A stretch of DNA of 64,000 nucleotides from Squalus acanthias (lineage: Eukaryota), in NCBI GenBank assembly GCA_030390025.1, contig CM059431.1, positions 119,042,001 through 119,106,000 on the forward strand. The letters run 5' to 3'. Position numbers and translations under genes: made by a program. Shown piece after piece: positions 62,889 to 64,000 of the stretch. Below the pieces are notes generated by a model. That model was given only the letters and a program-made list of their open reading frames with translations. It had not been told where the DNA came from and ran no database searches. Every line of letters begins with the position of its first letter. Within the stretch, counting starts at the first letter, position 1.

Positions 62889-63004
62889 TTGGACTTTTAT
62901 GAGTCTTTGTGCCAGTTCTCCTTATTTAGTATTTTTTTGTCCTGCGCCATTTCTTGGCACTAATGGTTTGCAAAAGGGGAATCCTTCGAGTTGATGTGTT
63001 CATG

Positions 63005-63262
63005 GGCTTGATTGGCAGCCCATCCTCCACCTTAAACATTCACTCCCTCCACCACCAGCACACCATGGCCGCAGTGTGTACCATCTACAAGATGCACTGC
63101 AGAAACTCACCAAGGCTTCTTCGACAGCACCTCCCAAACCCACGACCTCTAACACCTAGAAGGACAAGTGCAGCAGGTGAATGAGAACACCACCACCTCT
63201 AAGTTCCCCTCCAAGTCACACACTATCCTGATTTGAAAATATATCGCCGTTCCTTTATCATC
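63005..63262 (+). mobile_element. LINE ORF2 C-terminal fragment (same family as 48955-49203)
   Basis: LNIHSLHHQHTMAAVCTIYKMHC peptide and shared aagttcccctccaagtcacac. Confidence 0.7.
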
Positions 63263-63269
63263 GCCCCAC

Positions 63270-63730
63270 TGACGCCCAAGGCCACCCGATGTAATTTTCA
63301 GGCGGGCCTGGAAATAGGCGAGCAGCCCACCCTCCTGAAACCTGCGTAAGACTGCTTAAATATGCTGATCTACATCCCGATTGCAATTTTCATGTTCAAA
63401 TAGGCAGAGTGTGTACCGTGCACACACTAACCAGTTGTACCAGGTGTCGAGCAGCCTAACCAGCCGCCCTTAATGGAAATGGTGACGGCCACTCAGAAAA
63501 CGGCTCAGGCCAGCTTTACTTTTTATTTTTGTGGGGCCAGGAGTAGCCTGCTTCTTCGAGTCCCCTCTGGGATCGCCTCGCCCCTTCCCCAAGACCTAAG
63601 CTGCTGGCCAGCTCAGCGTGGGAGCCGACTGATTTCGTGTCCACCCACCACCGTGAGCTGTAGCACGGCACCCATTTTGGTGCCCACAGTTTGCCAGTGG
63701 TATATAAATGAGGCCCAAATATGAACACGG
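63270..63730. mobile_element. GC-rich MITE-like fragment related to 36712-37178
   Basis: Shared tttactttttatttttgtggggccaggag block. Confidence 0.45.
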
Positions 63731-63982
63731 TTCATGTTGCCGGATGGTGGATATGGACAGGTGGAACGTCTGCAGTTGAATACCCACCCAGCATTGTCAG
63801 ATTGTCCACACCTACAAAGAAGTCATCTACTATTTCAACAAGCTCTAACGCATCTATCATTAATTCATAATTCTATAGCTTTTGCATTTCAATGTGTAGG
63901 AATTATTTATGACTTTCACATTGGGTGTTAGAGTAAGGTTCGTGGACTTGAATCCATCTTAATAGAAACACACGGATACACT

Positions 63983-64000
63983 GGGCTGGATTTTACCAGC
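63983..64000. mobile_element. Start of another GGGCTGGATTTT-TIR element, cut by the window end
   Basis: GGGCTGGATTTT is identical to the TIRs at 51321, 59450 and 62141. Confidence 0.6.

Overview
This is a repeat-dominated vertebrate genomic window, not prokaryotic. The repeat content (CR1 LINEs with an SGNH-esterase ORF1, L2 tails, Deu-domain SINEs, Penelope remnants, many PIF/Harbinger elements) suggests a cartilaginous fish; that is an inference. Most of the window is decayed or nested transposable elements: two near-full-length CR1 LINEs, several Harbinger elements (HARBI1-type DDE transposase plus a spliced Myb/SANT-like gene, all disrupted), many Harbinger-type MITEs with 3-bp TSDs, two solo-LTR-like inserts with 4-bp TSDs, and a 24-bp G-rich minisatellite. 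Two phase-compatible short exons on + (32486-32541, 53688-53792) suggest an unidentified host gene with a 21-kb intron. The most unusual structures are a perfect 209-bp palindrome carrying an intact minimal hammerhead ribozyme on each strand (39868-40076), a four-level TE nest (55146-61656), a perfect 65-bp-arm hairpin (1222-1375), and MITEs rich in consensus splice donors. I found no intact novel protein-coding system. All calls were read by eye without database searches.
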